Position numbers and translations under genes: made by a program
Notes under the pieces: generated by a model
Database searches by the model: none
What the model was told of the DNA's origin: nothing
The model's input: only the letters and a program-made list of their open reading frames with translations
Assembly: GCA_964016885.1 (NCBI GenBank)
Contig: OZ024750.1
Span: 49,600,001-49,664,000 of the forward strand
Direction: 5' to 3'
Source: Eledone cirrhosa
Taxonomy: Eukaryota
Length of the DNA: 64,000 nucleotides
In this document: positions 36,645 to 50,465 of the stretch, one piece after another
How the letters are laid out: the number at the start of each line of letters is the position of its first letter
How positions within the stretch are numbered: position 1 is the stretch's first letter

Positions 36645-37532
36645 TAATGCACGCCACAAAATGAACCAAGCAAAGACTAAAGTATTGATAAATAGGAAAG
36701 AGGACAATATTCTGATTCCATTAGGGAAATGGCCATACACGATATTTAGAAAAGGAGTTGGCATAAATTCTATAGAATGTACACAATTCATATATTGGCT
36801 ACATCAGAGTTATAGTGGGATAGCAGGAAAGGAACACTTCATATATAATAGATATTCAGGGAAAATTGATAGTAGAGGTGTCAGTGATAGCCACATATTT
36901 CAATCGCATGTATGATCTATACAGGTGGTTGATAGCTTCCGATACGTAGGTGATTATATCAGCAAGGGAGGGTGATGCTCCGAAACCATAGTATCTAGAA
37001 TAAGGACATGATGGAAGAAGTTTAGGAAGATGCTTCCTCTGTTGACAACGAAGGGTTTCACCTTGCGAAGGAAATGTCGGCGGTATGATGCCTGTGTGAG
37101 ATGCGCGGTGCTGCATGGCAGTGAGACATGGGCAGCAACTGCGGAGGATAAAGGAAGCCTGAAGAGAAGTGAAGCAAACATGCTCCAATGGATGTGAAAT
37201 GTCAATGTCCGTGAACGACAAACATGGACGAGTTGAGAGTGAAACTGTATATAAAAGGAATAAACTGTAGTTCACAGGAGAGAAGACTGCGTTGGTATGG
37301 ACACATGATGTTCATGGATGATGACTGCTGGATGAAGAAATGCCAAGAAATCCCGTTGGAAGGAAGACGCAAAGGAGGAAGGCCATGAAAAACATGGGCG
37401 GATGTGGTGAGAGCTGACCTCAGACTGCTGACGCTCACAGTGGATATAGTTGTGGACCGTGACAAATGGAGTGATGCTGTGCTATAGAGGACCCGTCCTA
37501 CCCTTACAAGTAGGGAAAAGAGGACGTAAAAC

Positions 37533-37576
<44 letters not shown>

Positions 37577-37590
37577 CGACGACGACGACG
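36645..37590 (+). mobile_element. RTE (BovB-like) 3' fragment with (GAT)n tail, decayed
   Basis: N.AKTKVL, GKWP..I.RKGVG.NSIECT, VDSFRY.GD, YDACVR..LHGSETWA, QERRLRWYGH and GRP.KTW..VV..DL. (GAT)n at 37533-37575. Confidence 0.88.
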
Positions 37591-40109
37591 TTGTATAAAT
37601 GTTTCCAACACCCGATACACATAAAAATATGTTACATGTATCTTGTCATTCTATTAAGTTTAAAATTATTAACTTTGCTTCAGGTTATTGAACTCCTTGC
37701 TACACTTTGAATCATTTTAAAATCAAATTGAATGCATAATGTATAATTTCTTTTGAGTTAATATTGGTTTTGGAACATTGTCAGAACTTCACACATTTTA
37801 CTTCAGCATATTGCCTCTGCTTCCATCAAACATAGTCGATGATTGTTATATATATTATGGATCGTCAAACAAAGAATTGTTACTCTGTTCCCGGTGGCAT
37901 TATAACTCAGAACCTATACCGATGTATGAATTGATTAAACGTGTATAACTCTGCATTGATATTTCTACTATATGTACGTACAAATGGTTGACTGGTTAAG
38001 AAGTTCGTTTCGCAATTGTTAAGCAACTAATTCAATTCCTGTACATGAAATCTTGTGAAAGTGTGCTTTACTACAACCTGGAGCCGACACAGGCTTCTGA
38101 ATGAAATTGTTTACACGGAGACTCTATTGAAATCCATCAGATGGATTATGTTCGCAGCTCAAAGGTATAGCTTCATTCACATATTGTATCATGCTGATTT
38201 GTATTTCTAATTAGAATTACGTGAGATACACGTCCCAGATATACTCAACCACGTAAAGATTAATTCAGCTGGGTGTTCAGTTGATTGAACAACTGTATTC
38301 TCGTCATCGAAATCGATGGAGCATCGATTGTCATCATCACCGTACGTGGGGTTCGGACATTGTTAGCTCACAATGTACTGAATAACTCTGTATATTACAT
38401 TTGATAACAATGCATCCCTACCAACTCTCAATCTGCAATGATAAACACGTCCATCCTTAGATAATTCTATCCGATTGTAGTAATCTTAACACAAATGAAA
38501 GGAGAAAAAACAGGTATATTCAGATAAATTGTTTTGTAAACAACAAATATTCACTTTCATTAACATTATGAGATAATATATCCGAAAAAAAACATGATTC
38601 AAATTTAATCAAGTGATTTCCCTATTGATATAATAAATATTATTTGTATTTCATAAAATTCCCTTATCATCCATGCTGCATGTAACATTGTTAAGTTAAT
38701 ATATTCTGTCTTAAGAAGTTGACAGATTAGAATGTCACTACGTAACTCGAACATTATTTCATTTGAACCAGCTGGGAATATATCCTTTAAAATACACCAT
38801 TGAAATATTTTCAATAATATATAGTACTAAATCTTAAACTAAAATAAATTGAGGTGGGCGGGACTGCGTACGGTTTATAATCTGTTATCCCATTAGTAAA
38901 ACAAGTTGGATTAGTTTGATTATATAATGAATGAATATTACATAATTCATCTACTAAATGTCGTGGCTTTAGATTAAATATATTTTGTTTATTTAAAGAT
39001 TCACGTCTTTAAAATTTCTGAAATGTCAACACTTTCGGTTGACGATCGCTTAAATAGACCTACTAATTTTCATTCACTAATTGTTTCCTAATTCAGATTA
39101 TATATAATAACGTCTTTTTTTAATGTATCATGGATTACGTTACTGATTACATAAGACAATGTAACGTAATATTCGCTCAATTTCTATGTATTATATATTG
39201 TCAATTACGATTTTATTTGATGTATCATATCTACATGTATATATACTTACGTATAATATCAATATATACATTACACATGCTAGCAGAAAACCACCCGAAT
39301 GGTAGTTTTTCTGCTAGTTGTAGAATAATATAGAAGACTAAAAGGATAAAATATTAAATGACATTTTTCGCCACTTTGATTCATTCTCGTTTTTCCACAC
39401 GCCAAAATGGTTACAGAGTTGGACTCAGGCAGATGGGATAATTGTTTTCATTCATGAACCGGTAGTGGCGTTGTGTGTTCTTGAGTTGCAGACTTCATTT
39501 CATGATGCTTTCCATCATAGGTCTGGGGCCCTATCATTAAACACATGGGAAAATTCCCATCAGATGCAAACTCCAAAATGACCGGCTAAACCTACGTAGG
39601 TGTGAACTGTAACTTTAATTTATTTGTTTAATATATGTATTATATATGTAAATACTTATGTATATATATGGACACGTACATCTTGGCGGAGTCATAAGGG
39701 TGTCGTAAGGGTGACACACGGCGTTTCTTCAGTATTTTTAAACATAGGAGACCTCATCTATTTTTCAGGTCTCAACACTCCAGATTTTTTCCAGAAAAAG
39801 ACAGAATGAGAGGAAGAATAAGATAAAGGGATATAAGGGAAGGATTGATCCCAGTAGTAGAGAGGTATATTTTCTTTATTTTGAAAGGATAAAAGGCAGA
39901 GCCACGCATTGAGTGCTGCAAAATATTTTATCTGGGGTTCTCATGATTCTTCCAATTCCCTACTACTATATATCTACTTACCTCCGACTGAAAACGTTTG
40001 TGTCACCAGTATTGGATAATATTAATGCCTATTACATCCAAAACCGTTATATATTACTGGGGAAATGGGATAGTAAACATTACTCATTAAATTGCTAGTT
40101 GTATTTTGT

Positions 40110-40480
40110 TTCTTCTTCTTCTTCTTCTTCTTCTTCTTCTTCTTCTTCTTCTTCTGCAACTTATTCCTGAAGGTCGTGGGGGAAGAGCCTCAAATGCGAC
40201 TTCAAATGAGTAGTTTCAGAAAGAAAAAAACATCTCTATTTGATGCGGTTGGATCTCCAACCGAGACCAGTGAAGGTCAAGGATTTTATTAAACCATCTT
40301 GCTCTGGGTCTATCCTTGGATCCGGTGTCACATCTTTTTCTTTTTTTTTCGTAAAATCTGTCCAGCATTTCTTTCTTGGGACATTCTAAACTTATGACCG
40401 TAGTGTTTTAGCTGTGAACTCTCGATTTGTGTAAGAAGCGGCTCTACCCAAACCACTCCTTGGTCTCCAAACTACGTACT
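40110..40480 (-). mobile_element. LINE (RTE-like) 3' remnant with (GAA)n tail
   Basis: (TTC)n at 40110-40154 adjoins decayed QLKHYGH..RM..ER coding on the minus strand. Confidence 0.5.
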
Positions 40481-40597
40481 CTATCGAGTAACATTACTCC
40501 ATATAAATTATGGTAATCCCTATACACTTTCAATAATTTAAGAAATATAGAACGATTATAACAATACTAGGACGACGTATGGTACCATGTTATTTAT

Positions 40598-40790
40598 GCA
40601 TACATACATACATACATACATACATACATGGTGGCTGCCAACTCGTTTTCGAGTACGGCCACTACTTTATATCCATGTAGGAGAACTCCTACCGATGCGC
40701 TGAACGAATGTGACTTTTTAGTACAGCCAGCGACTTGAAAACTCTGGTACAAACACTACACTTGTGACAATTATTGACACATAGTGCTAG
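40598..40790 (-). mobile_element. RTE-type 3' end with a terminal C2H2 finger and (ATGT)n tail
   Basis: HKCSVCTRVFKSLAVLKSHIRSAHR*, then a short UTR with hairpin actcgaaaacgagt and an (ATGT)n tail. Confidence 0.6.
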
Positions 40791-40878
40791 GCCCATGGTA
40801 CCATGTGACGACAAGTGCAGAGAGATCTCCAGATACAAAGCAATGCCTGTGCCGTACATACATACATACATACATACA

Positions 40879-40908
<30 letters not shown>

Positions 40909-40910
<2 letters not shown>

Positions 40911-43900
40911 AATGAGGATGCCATTGAGACATGGATAGACAAACTCCAAGATAAGAAAACACCAGGAACAGACATGATTGTCGGCTACTGGTACAAAAAA
41001 TTGGTATTCTATCGGATGTATCTTATCGACATCTTCCAACAAGTTCTCAAGGGAGATACACTTATACCAGAATGGTTGACATTAACACAAACAAAGATAC
41101 CCACTTGACAAAAACCTACCGACCTTTTACATGCCAGTACCTGATGTATAATATGTATACTGCTTGTCCTTTCTGCTCAGCAAATGTGAAGGATACATCA
41201 TTGGCTCACAGGAGGACAGGAATACGAACCTATTTCTTTGTGGATGATGTGAAACTCTATGCCAAGAACATAGATGGGATGAAGAATGGAGTATGTACAG
41301 GATAAATGTTCAGATATGACTGTAGAGCGGGGAAAACCCACCAAGCTTAACCAGGGAATATTATTAACCAATTAAGAAAAATATGATCATCGCAGCTCTC
41401 TGCGCAAAATTAAACAGTGGCTCGCAATGTGTTTGGAATATTCAATTTGTAATATTCAATGGGACGATAGACGAAATCCAAGCAATTAATGTTAGGCCTT
41501 GAACGATACTAAACAACACCGGAAACTTCCATATCAACAGCAAAATAGACCGCCTCTAATTGAAACGTAAGTAGGGAGGTAGAGGTCTAAAATCGGTTCA
41601 GACAGTATTTGATTGTCGCATCATATCCCTGCTACAACAAATACGAACCTCGAAGCGCAGGAACCCGTTTATCGAGGAAGTCTATCTGCATGAGACAGAT
41701 AAGATCATGAGTGTTTGGAAGTAACTCCTTGAAGATATTTCCTTCGTGATAATCAAAATCACACACCCAGGGATGTTGCCCAGCAGTACCACAGTGAATC
41801 TATGGATGAAAAACTGCATGTCTATCAGCAAAAATAACATCATCACAGATGAACAAGCAGCTGGAAAGAAAGGGGTTTCGGGATATGCTGAACAACACCT
41901 AATCAACAAAACTGCGATGTCGGAGGTGCGAAAACTGAAGAGGAATATGACTAGTCTGGCAGGACTACAGGAAAGCTTTAGATTATGTTCCCCACTCTTG
42001 GATGATAGAAGCCCGCCAACTTGCTAAAGTCCCAGACATTATTGTCAGAGCCATAGAGAGGATGTCTTCTTCATGGGCTATTATCCTAAGGTCAAAGACA
42101 GAGAGGGAGGACTCTATTTTCACTGATAAAATAAAATATTGCAGGGGTATATTTCAGGGGGATAGTCTCTCTGTGATATTATTCATCTTGTCATTAAACC
42201 CCTTGTCCTTTCTGCTCAAGAAATGTGAGGGATACATCATTGGCTCACAGGTGGACAGAAATACGAACCTAACCCATAATTTGTTTGTGGACGATCTGAA
42301 ACTCTATGCCAAGAACATGGATGGGATGAAGAACAATTTTGACCTGGTTTCAACGTTCTCAAAGGAAATTGGAATGGAGTTTGGCCAAGATAAATGCTTA
42401 TACAAACAACAACCCAATCTAGCAACATTATTATCAATGGCCTAACTGTTTCACCGATATCTGATGAGGACTGCTATAGATACCTGGGGATAGATGAGAT
42501 CATCTCCTATAATGGTATCTGTAATAAAGAACGCGTAACCAAGCAATACTATACAGGATTAAGAAAGATCTGGTCATCGGAACTCTCAGCGCAAAATAAA
42601 ACAGTGGCTCACAATGTGTTTGCTGTGCCTGTCCTAACACCAACGTTTGGGATACTCAATTGGACGATAGACGAAATCCGAGCAGTTGATGCTGGAACTC
42701 GAAAAATACTGAACAACACCGGAAACTTCCACATCAACAGTGACATAGACCGCCTTTACTTGAAACGTAAGCAGGGAGGCAGAGGCCTAACATCAGTCCA
42801 GACAACATTTGAATGTCGCATCATATCTCTCCGACAACATCTACGAACCTCAAAACGTAGTAGCCCGTTTCTCGAGCAAGTCTATCTGCATGAAACAGAG
42901 AAGATCATGATTGTTGGGAAGGAACTCCTCGAGAGATATTTCATGTGTGATAATCAAAAACTCACACCCAGGGATGTCGCTCAGCAGTATCGCAGTGAAT
43001 CCATGGATGAAAAATTGCATGCCTATCAGCAGAAAATCATGCATGGATATGTTGCCAGGAAGCTCCAGAGTGAGAGTAATATAGATAAGGAAAGTAGTCT
43101 ATCTTGGACCAACAACATCTATATTGGCTCCCACTTTGAAGGATACACTTTTGTAATCCAGAAACAGGAGTTTAGCACGAAATACCTGATTCACAAAAGA
43201 GATAGGGATGCAGGCAAAACACCTAGATGTGATAACAAGTGTAGACTCTGCAGAACTAACATCGAGGGTAAACCCATGTCATCAGCAGCTGTCCAAAGAT
43301 GTCATCGCGGTACTATCTACCTATGTGGAATGATGTAGTGGCCAAAACACTGTACAATGTTGTTCGTAAAAAACATAGCCCCGATAATAAACACATTAAA
43401 AGCTACAGAAATGTGGAAGACATCCATGTACATAATATGAAAGAGTACTGGTGGAATGTTCCAGTAAAAACCCCAATAAAATGCAGGCATAACAGACCAG
43501 ATATGATATGGGAGAGGGAGAAGAAAACATGCACAGTAGTAGAAATTAGCTGCCCAGCAGATGCCAATATAATATCAAAGATTAGTGAAAAGCAGAACAT
43601 TTATCTAGAACTGATGAGAATTTGCAAATACTCCACCCTGATTACACCTTCAGATTTATGCCTGTGATTATTGGGGCACTGGGTTATGTTAGTAACTGCC
43701 TCAATACAAATCTTGAGAAGCTAGGCTTCACAGGAACAGAAAGAATACAACTTGTTAAGAAATTACAAGTACATTCCATTAATGGAACAGTAAAAATATG
43801 TAAAACATTCCAAACATATTGTATCTAATAACTGCATATACATATGTACAGATACTAAGCATATACACATGCACACATAGAACTCAAAACATACACATAC

Positions 43901-44056
43901 ACACATACAATTACATCCATATCTACACACGCATGCATCCATACATATCTACCTAGTTGATGTTGTGTAAATTCCAATGGGAGAGTCTTGTGTCTATGTT
44001 AGAAACCGACTCTCTCTATATTGGTAAAACTTTGTGAAATTATAAAACCAGAAGAA
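40909..44056 (+). mobile_element. R4/Dong-type LINE locus (two tandem partial copies) bounded by (TACA)n
   Basis: TPGTD, YRPFTC, EQAAGKKG, DY.KA...PHSW, RGIFQGDSLS, LFVDDLK, YRYLG, GGRGL, CRLC, HNRPD..VVEISCP and PVIIGALG. Stop at 43828. (TACA)n at 40856-40908 and 44057-44100. Confidence 0.93.
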
Positions 44057-45219
44057 CATACATACATACATACATACATACATACATACATACATACATA
44101 GACACATACTATACTATACGATACCGCAAATTACAGTCATAAAATTTGATCAGAAAACCCCTGCCCGTTCTGCCAGGAGTTATGACAATCAAATAATATG
44201 AGAAATATAATTTCCAATGGAGCTTGATTCCCTTTACCCCATCTAGTGATAGGAGCTTTACTTTTACTTTCCTCTATCTAATCAAAACCGAACAACCGCA
44301 ATAGATATTTATGATTTTCTTTAACTATAATATTGTCATACTGTGATCTAGAATTTGATAATATCTAGAATTTGATAATATGACAATTCAGCATAAGATG
44401 TTAACGATGAATTATCAAATAAAATCCTCCGTTCCTGAAAACAAAAAACACTTTGTCACAATTTCTCTGGTTACATAATTCGCTACCGATTTTTCATAAT
44501 AACAGCAATTAAATCATGCATAACGTCAGGTTTAATGAGATCGAATGGAGAATTTTGTTCCATTTCGATTATCTAAAAGCCAGTTAAGTTATGATAAAGA
44601 TGCTACTTGCCAGTTTATAGCAACTGTGAGAAGCTTGTAGAAGATGAATCTAGCTGTTTTCTATATTTCACTGTTGGATCTATATATGTTTGTCAATGTA
44701 ATAGCGTAAATTCAAAATCGATAACATTTGATTTTTGTAACCTGTTTGATTTTAGAAATTAAAATGTTTTTCACCAAGAAACCATGTAATTTATATCGAT
44801 ATCTAAAGAAATCTTCAACTCTCCGTGTTATTTCTTGGGATATTTTATTTAAATGAATGGATTCACAACGAATTCTACAGTGGTTATGGTATGTATTTCG
44901 GTACAGAAAGCTCTGATGTCAAATGTTCTCCAAAGTCTTTCATCATTCATCTATTAAGCGTTTCGATAAATATAAAATAATCGAACAGGAGGATTCTCGG
45001 TATATGATACGATTATACGCCTTCTGTGTTCAAATGTGTTTCCTGTTGCAGCCAACAGATAGTTCAATATTGCAAGAGATTTGGCGAGTCCTTGCTGTAA
45101 AGAAGCCAGTAGAAACATTTATGTTGATTTCTTGGCTGCATCTTGGTTTTCACCGTAACAATGGAAGACTGAAACACGACGACAACGACTATTATAGTTA
45201 GTATGCAATATTTTAGACA

Positions 45220-45512
45220 GAGACTTTGCCTTTCATCCTTACGGGGTCGATAAAATAAAGTACCAGTAATGCACTGGGTAATTGCTGGCCTTGTGCCTAA
45301 AGTAGAAACAAATATTTTACACAGAGACGGTGGATTGGAGGTATCGGTAGAGGGTCGGACGCCATGCTTTCCAGCATAGTTACGTCACCTTACGATCTGA
45401 GTTCAAATCCCGCCGAGGTTGACTTTGCCTGTCATCCTTACGGGGTCGATAAAATAAAGTACCAGTAATGAACTGGGGAATTGCTGGCCTTGTGCCTAAA
45501 GTAGAAACAAAT
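45220..45512 (+). mobile_element. Two tandem SINE family A copies (one partial, one full)
   Basis: Both end gtgcctaaagtagaaacaaatatttta.acagagac, a string that also precedes the first copy. Confidence 0.9.
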
Positions 45513-45995
45513 ATTTTAGACAGAGACACATAGAAGGTAATGTTGATTTTGGCAGTATTTGAAATTTGAGTACAAAGAATCAGAAAAACTATTGCAGTCG
45601 ATATATAAAATGTCTCTCCTGAATTAGGATAAATCATTTCTCTGTCTGACTGCCTGACTACGTTTCTCTATCTGACGGTCTGCCTACATTTAACTTGGGG
45701 ATATCGGTAGCATATCGGTAGTGTCCTCCCCACCTGAGCAAAAGTTGCGGCTATTTGTTTAAGACAAACAAATGCTGTATCATATGAAATCGCATTTAAA
45801 GCCACATAAAGTCAGAGATCATGGATAGATAGATGTCTGCACAACCTATATTAGCTATATTTATCGTTTGACTAGGCCATGCCAAAACTATAGCACGGTA
45901 GTAGACATCTAGCCTAATTAGTTCAACTAAAATATTAAATATTAATCAGTACTCTCTCTCTCTATATATATATCTTTCTCTCTCCCTCTCTATCT

Positions 45996-46123
<128 letters not shown>

Positions 46124-46167
46124 CAATGATATTACATAAATGGAAAGTATATTTATAAAACCATATT

Positions 46168-46228
46168 TATTCTATTATATATATTTCAAGGTTACCAAAA
46201 CTTTGGTACGCTTTCATCAGATGAAATA
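46168..46228 (-). ncRNA. Minimal hammerhead, intact core (family of 17414 and 54597)
   Basis: tatttcat-CTGATGA-aagcgtacc(aaagtttt)ggtaacctt-GAAA-t(atat)a-TA-atagaata. Confidence 0.75.
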
Positions 46229-46354
46229 CGAAGTTTGTTTTATAAATGTTGACTTAACCCAGAAAAGATACCATAAAGGTTCAAGTTTTGCTTGTCGAGT
46301 GCAAATTACCAACAAATTGAACATCCCATTTGCTTATATATATATGAGTATATA

Positions 46355-46425
<71 letters not shown>

Positions 46426-46427
46426 GC

Positions 46428-46490
<63 letters not shown>

Positions 46491-46880
46491 AGTAGGTATG
46501 TATACGTACATACATATATGTATACAGACGTACAGTAGCATGCCTATATATATATATATATTTACTAGTATAGAGAGAGAGGAATCAGGAGGTGAGGGGA
46601 CAGACGGCATAGTATAGAGAGAGAGAAGAAGGGGGAAGAGGTAGGAAGTAGAATGACAAACTGAGGTGGAGGTAGGTTAGAGGTGGATGGATTATTTGGT
46701 CAGTTTTGATAGCATACTTCATGTCGTGGAGTGTAATGAATTAAAGAGAATTAAATAGATAATAGTGGGAGGGATGGATAGAGAGGGAGAGAGAGAGAGG
46801 GAGGAGCTATAAAGAGATAAATATATATATATATACATACACACATACATACATACACATACACACATATACACACACAT

Positions 46881-46961
<81 letters not shown>

Positions 46962-47004
46962 TATATATACATACATACACACACACACACATATATATAC
47001 ACAC

Positions 47005-47039
<35 letters not shown>

Positions 47040-47277
47040 ATATAAAAATAAAAATAAAGATAATAATGACAAAAATAAAAGCAAAGAAGGGGGTGAGAAG
47101 GAAGAAAGGAAAAGATAGCGAAGAAGAGGGAAGGAAGGAAGAAAACGAAGAAATAGAAGAGGAATGAGGGTGAAGGGGGGGGGGATATATGTATTGGTTT
47201 TGTGGGTAATTAAAGGGTCTAGATATAAGAGCGTATAAAGTCTAATTATATGCAGTTTGTCACTTGGTAGTAATAGG

Positions 47278-48375
47278 TTAAGTGTTCGATTTGTAGTGCG
47301 AACATTTCTCTTTGAGTCTATGGTTACAATCAATTGATCTCTCAATTTTATTGTTGAGTAACCTATTCTTCGAACTTAAGATGTGGAACAGCTCAAGGTT
47401 GCATTAATCGACAGCTTCTCATACCACTCCGATATGGGGGCGCGTTTGATAATGTTTTCCGCTTCAGGGTGTATTGATGGTTACTTTCCCTCAGTTGCCA
47501 GGTCTTGTTTGCAAGGGTAGTTACATAACGGTGCTGGGAATGGTTCATTGCGTAACGGTGTGTATACCAACGAGCTTTAAAAGTATTCCCAGTTGCTCCG
47601 ATGTAATACCATTTCTGGTTGTCTGATTCCACTGTGCTTTGGTAAACCAGGTTAGACTGCATACATTCATTTTGTAATGGACAGGTTTCAGGTAGGTGGC
47701 AGTTGCATTTCTTGTTATGGGCAACTTTAGCATTATTTGTGGGCTGCGATGCCTGAACAAGTGTGTTACGTTTTGTTTGCCTATTAGTGGGTGGTTGTGT
47801 ATTAGATATTCTGTTGTGTTCGGTATTAGATATTGTATTGTTATTGTTGTAAATTTGTGTTTTGGTGTTGTTATGTATCTTTTTAGCATTAAGCATCTTA
47901 ATGTGTGCTTCTATATTTGGTGTCTTGGAGTAGGATAGTCTAATAGATTTAGTGTTAAGGATTTTGCTGTATCTATGTGAATCCGGAATGCCTATTTATT
48001 ATTCTAAAGAAAGTAGAGGGTAGGTTAGTACTAATAGAGGTGTTAAATATGGGGTTATACCAAATATATTTTCTACTGCGTGACTTGTTTGATTTCGATG
48101 TTGTACTTCTATTTGCCGTATACTTTGCGGTTCTATGCGTAAATGTGTGTATGCGTGTGTTTCTGGAGTTTGTGTTATGCGTGTTCGTGTGTGCTTCACA
48201 GAGACTTTCATCTATATATTCTACTCTATATAAGTGGCCTGCCTTGTCTAATGCGGTATAGTAGTATTCTGCATGTTCTTCGAAGATTTGCCGGTTAGAT
48301 GAGAGGCGGGAGATCCTAAGGGATATGCTGCGTGGAATGGATTTAATTATTGATAGTGGGTGGTTTGAGTTACAG
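47278..48375 (-). mobile_element. PLE, Naiad-like, 5'-truncated (thumb, linker, GIY-YIG)
   Basis: SNHPLSIIKSIP.SI..RIS.LSS...IF....YY..AL..AG, IWYNPIF..IST, KCNC....CPL...C..NLVY...YYIGAT..FKARW..H, and after a frameshift CRLCNLE..LLN.K.E....C.H. Confidence 0.9.
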
Positions 48376-48613
48376 CATGCTACTGTTCGTCTGTATACAT
48401 ATATGTATGTACGTATACATACATTCTTACATTTAAGTAAGTGCCGTACTAAGAGTGAGAAATGAAATTTCGTTTTCATTTTATTACAACTTATCGTTTT
48501 CGGTGCGCCTGGCCGACTGAAATCACTTGATATGCAAATTAGGCTGCTCAGCCGTTAATGTTCATAAGGAAAGTATATACTTTCGAACGTTCAACCATCT
48601 TGCAGAAGGGTAT

Positions 48614-48656
48614 ACGGTGCTGATGATAGCTAAGAAGCTTGAAACTAGTACATCGT
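48614..48656 (+). ncRNA. Minimal type I hammerhead, intact
   Basis: acggtg-CTGATGA-t-agc(taagaa)gct-t-GAAA-ctag-TA-catcgt. Palindromic loop 3, 6-bp stem I. Confidence 0.88.
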
Positions 48657-48810
48657 TCCTGTGTCAGTGTTGAACAAAAAGGTGACGTGGTTGCCTTAAC
48701 ACCGTACGGCATACATTCAGGCTGTCAGTTTGTTTACAAACGGACAAAGCGTGCGTTATAATAAACGTCCGCTAAACTGATACGTACATATATGTATGTG
48801 TACCTGTATG

Positions 48811-48841
<31 letters not shown>

Positions 48842-48919
48842 GCATGCTACTGTACGTCTGTATACATATATGTATGTACGTATACATACATACTTACATA
48901 TATATATATATATATATTC

Positions 48920-50040
48920 CAATTCACTCAAAAACATTAGGAAATAAGTGAGTATATTCCTAATTAAACGTTCGGTGTGCTAACTAATTTTATTGTGTGA
49001 AAAATTGGCTGTATTATTTCATATAAGATATATCATATATATCTTTTCCCAGACAGACGTCTCGTTTCATTATAAGATTCCTACAAGTTGGGTGAAATTA
49101 TACCAATTTATTATAGAAGCTTGTATAAGTTCAACAGATAGATATTCAAACGGGCTCTTATAATTCTTCAGTGGGTGCCCAATAATATTAATATTGATAA
49201 TCAAATCAACATCAATATTTAGCGATAATCACCATCAGTACTTGAGGTAGCTGCTAGGTTGCTAGTCCAGCAGTTCTAAAGAAATGCTCATACTGTCTCA
49301 AAAAAAGAGGAAGGAGAATTACCGCCAAAAAACGATACATGCGCAGGACAATGAATTCTAAAAGGAATTCAAGCCACGTGCTAGAACTGAATTTGAATTT
49401 GAAAAGAATATCCATATGTGTACATCGTTTGATGACACTCATAGATATTTTCTCGGGCAAAATAACAGAATGAGATACAAGAAACAATCGATATTCATAT
49501 ATAAAAAAATAAACAAAGAGAATCAAACCTTATATCCGGAAGTTAATATCCGTTGCACCAAGAGTAATTTTATGAATACATTATCGGAGAAAGCTAATAG
49601 CGATAACCCGACCAAATCCCAACTCACTCAACAAACATTAGGAAATAAGTGAGTATATTCCTAATTAAACGTTCGGGGAGCAAACTAAATTATTTCATAT
49701 GAGATATATCAAATATATCTCTTCCCAGACGGACGTCTCGTTTCATTATAAGATTCCTACAAGTTGGGTGAAATTATACCAATGTATGTAGAAGCTTGTA
49801 TAAGATCAACAGATACTTATTCAAATGGGCTCTTATAATTCTTCAGTGGGTGCCCAATAATATTAATATTGATAATCAAATCAACATCAATATTTAGCGA
49901 TAATCACCATCGGTGCTTGAGGTAGCTGCTAGGTTGCTAGCCCAGCAGTTCTGTAGCTGCTAGGTTGCTAGCCCAGCAGTTCTAAAGAAATTCTCAAACT
50001 GTCTCAAAAAAAGGAAGAAGAATTACCACCAAAAAACAAT
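48920..50040. repeat. Direct repeats of about 415 bp, 700 bp apart, between TA arrays
   Basis: cactcaa.aaacattaggaaataagtgagtatattcc at about 48925 and 49625. The second copy has a 31-bp internal tandem duplication (49922-49983). Confidence 0.9.
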
Positions 50041-50047
50041 ATATATA

Positions 50048-50115
<68 letters not shown>

Positions 50116-50289
50116 TAGCTACAAAATCCTGGTGTATATATATATATATACACATAGGAAATCGAACTGGAGAGTGATTACTTTTTCCAGATTTGAAATG
50201 CCCAGGGCGAATATCATGGCGGTACCCCTATGGAACTTTGACATAACCACTCATGAGTAGTGGTTTCTGATTTACGCACAACGCCTACA

Positions 50290-50465
50290 CCTTTGCGGGG
50301 GTGGGGCATTGATTAATTAAACACCAGTGCGTTACTGCTACTTCATATTATCTACCCCCGTAAATATGAAAGCTAAACTTAACCTCGGCAGGAGCAGAAC
50401 TCAGACTATAGAGGGACGTAACTATATGCCACAAAACATGTCATCCAATGCTCTACCGATATCAC
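50290..50465 (-). mobile_element. SINE family A, diverged
   Basis: aacctcggcaggagcagaactcagactatagagggacgtaactatatg matches the family. Confidence 0.7.

Noticed and set aside
40689-41042. C2H2 zinc-finger gene
   Set aside because: There is a single finger directly followed by a short UTR and a microsatellite tail, which fits an RTE ORF end. The ORF is a chimera with antisense Dong sequence and (TATG)n.
47278-47896. Selenocysteine read-through, as described for some Naiad PLEs
   Set aside because: The TGA at 47393 results from a 1-nt frameshift. The conserved Cys positions are TGY codons here and in 19226-19660.
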